NCBI GenBank assembly: GCA_047285535.1
Contig: JBJBDC010000001.1
Span: forward strand, 1,088,136-1,152,135
Length of the DNA: 64,000 nt
Reading direction: 5' to 3'
Origin: Synechococcus sp.
Lineage (GTDB): Bacteria > Cyanobacteriota > Cyanobacteriia > PCC-6307 > Cyanobiaceae
In this document: piece after piece, positions 63,103 to 64,000 of the stretch
How the letters are laid out: every line of letters starts with the position of its first letter
How positions within the stretch are numbered: position 1 is the stretch's first letter
Made by a program: the position numbers and the translations under genes
The notes under the pieces: generated by a model
Told to the model about the DNA's origin: nothing
Seen by the model: only the letters and a program-made list of their open reading frames with translations
Databases searched by the model: none

Positions 63103-64000
63103 TCAAAGCCTGGCAAGTCCTCGTTCCTGAAGATCTGCGAGCTCGGCATACAACCCCCCGCTAGCTCTCAACTGAAGATGGGTGCCCTGTTCGATGAGGG
63201 AGCCGCGACGAAGAACCAGTATGCGATCAGCAGCCTCAACGGTAGCCAGACGGTGTGCGATCACCACTGCAGTTCGGCGTTTAAGGAGGCGATCTAAATC
63301 CCGCTGCAAAGTAGCCTCCGTTGAAGGATCCATAAAGGCTGTGGCTTCATCCATGACTAGAACCGTTGGGTTGCGAATCGCCACCCTGGCCACGGCAAGA
63401 AGTTGTCTTTCACCTGAGCTGAGATTTCCGCCGCGTTCCCTCAGTTCGGTTGCCAAGCCTTCCGGCAAACGGGTTAGCAGAGGATCGAGGCCGATGTCAC
63501 GACACACCTCCTTTAGTTGCTGATCGTCCAGTGGCTGATCCAAACGCAAATTATCAGCAACAGTGCCACTAAACAGGAACGTGTCCTGAAGGACGACTCC
63601 CAGCTGACGACGCAATACCGGCAGAGGCAAGCTACGAATGTCCTGGCCATCGAGCAAAATTCGCCCTCTCTGAGGCTCGTACAAACGACAAAGCAAACGA
63701 ATCACTGTGGTCTTGCCAGAACCAGTCGGCCCCACGAGCGCAACATGCTCACCCGGTGCGATGCGAAAACTGAGATCACGAAGAATTGGCTCATCCTGAC
63801 GATATGAAAAATCAACACCATCAAAAATCACCTCACCAAGGGTTGGTGAGGAGGCAGCGCTTGGTAGAGGTGTGGAGCCAATCAAGGAGCCTGGATCATG
63901 ATCAACGATCTCCAAAGGCTCCTCGAGTAGCTCACCGATCCGCTCCACAGCCGTCAGCCCTCCTTGGATCTGAGTGAACCTCTCAGCCATTTGACGCAGA
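63103..64000 (-). CDS. ABC transporter ATP-binding/permease, C-terminal part (truncated by the window edge)
   Basis: GPTGSGKT, LSSGERQ, MDEAT, IAHRL. Confidence 0.93.
   Translation of the reverse strand, partial: LRQMAERFTQIQGGLTAVERIGELLEEPLEIVDHDPGSLIGSTPLPSAASSPTLGEVIFDGVDFSYRQDEPILRDLSFRIAPGEHVALVGPTGSGKTTVIRLLCRLYEPQRGRILLDGQDIRSLPLPVLRRQLGVVLQDTFLFSGTVADNLRLDQPLDDQQLKEVCRDIGLDPLLTRLPEGLATELRERGGNLSSGERQLLAVARVAIRNPTVLVMDEATAFMDPSTEATLQRDLDRLLKRRTAVVIAHRLATVEAADRILVLRRGSLIEQGTHLQLRASGGLYAELADLQERGLARL

Noticed and set aside
1..64000. CRISPR arrays, IS elements, prophage genes, rRNA, tandem repeat arrays
   Set aside because: None detected on reading; short or degenerate repeats could be missed without computation

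Overview
This 64-kb window comes from a marine picocyanobacterium (Synechococcus-type gene content and order, roughly 50% GC by eye). It is mostly core chromosome: prlC, folB, proA, ROK kinase, TamB, glgB, hemE, petE, two cytochrome c6-type genes, clpB, queD, a group 2 sigma factor, trpA, ndhL, tRNA-Leu(UAA), pyrC, a BicA-like SulP, gor, dnaA and an HtrA protease. Two accessory redox blocks stand out. (1) A 9-kb block directly after tRNA-Leu encodes a GH63 glycoside hydrolase, an Fe-S-motif GMC flavoprotein, DoxX, VOC, a glucose-1-dehydrogenase-like SDR, a GlcG/HbpS haem protein, a Nif11-leader peptide, a gluconolactonase and a cupin. (2) An operon 4 kb further on encodes two DUF2231 membrane proteins, a CuA-less alternative terminal oxidase (ARTO) and a second GMC paralogue that lacks both catalytic residues and the Cys cluster. 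Together they suggest a glycoside-to-gluconate oxidation route coupled to respiration (inference). Several apparent intergenic gaps are eroded pseudogenes that the ORF track misses. The clearest is hisIE (29076-29596). Others are an alpha/beta hydrolase, a TIGR03643 gene and a probable GMC fragment. No CRISPR array, rRNA, integrase or transposase was seen. All family assignments come from manual motif recognition, not database searches.
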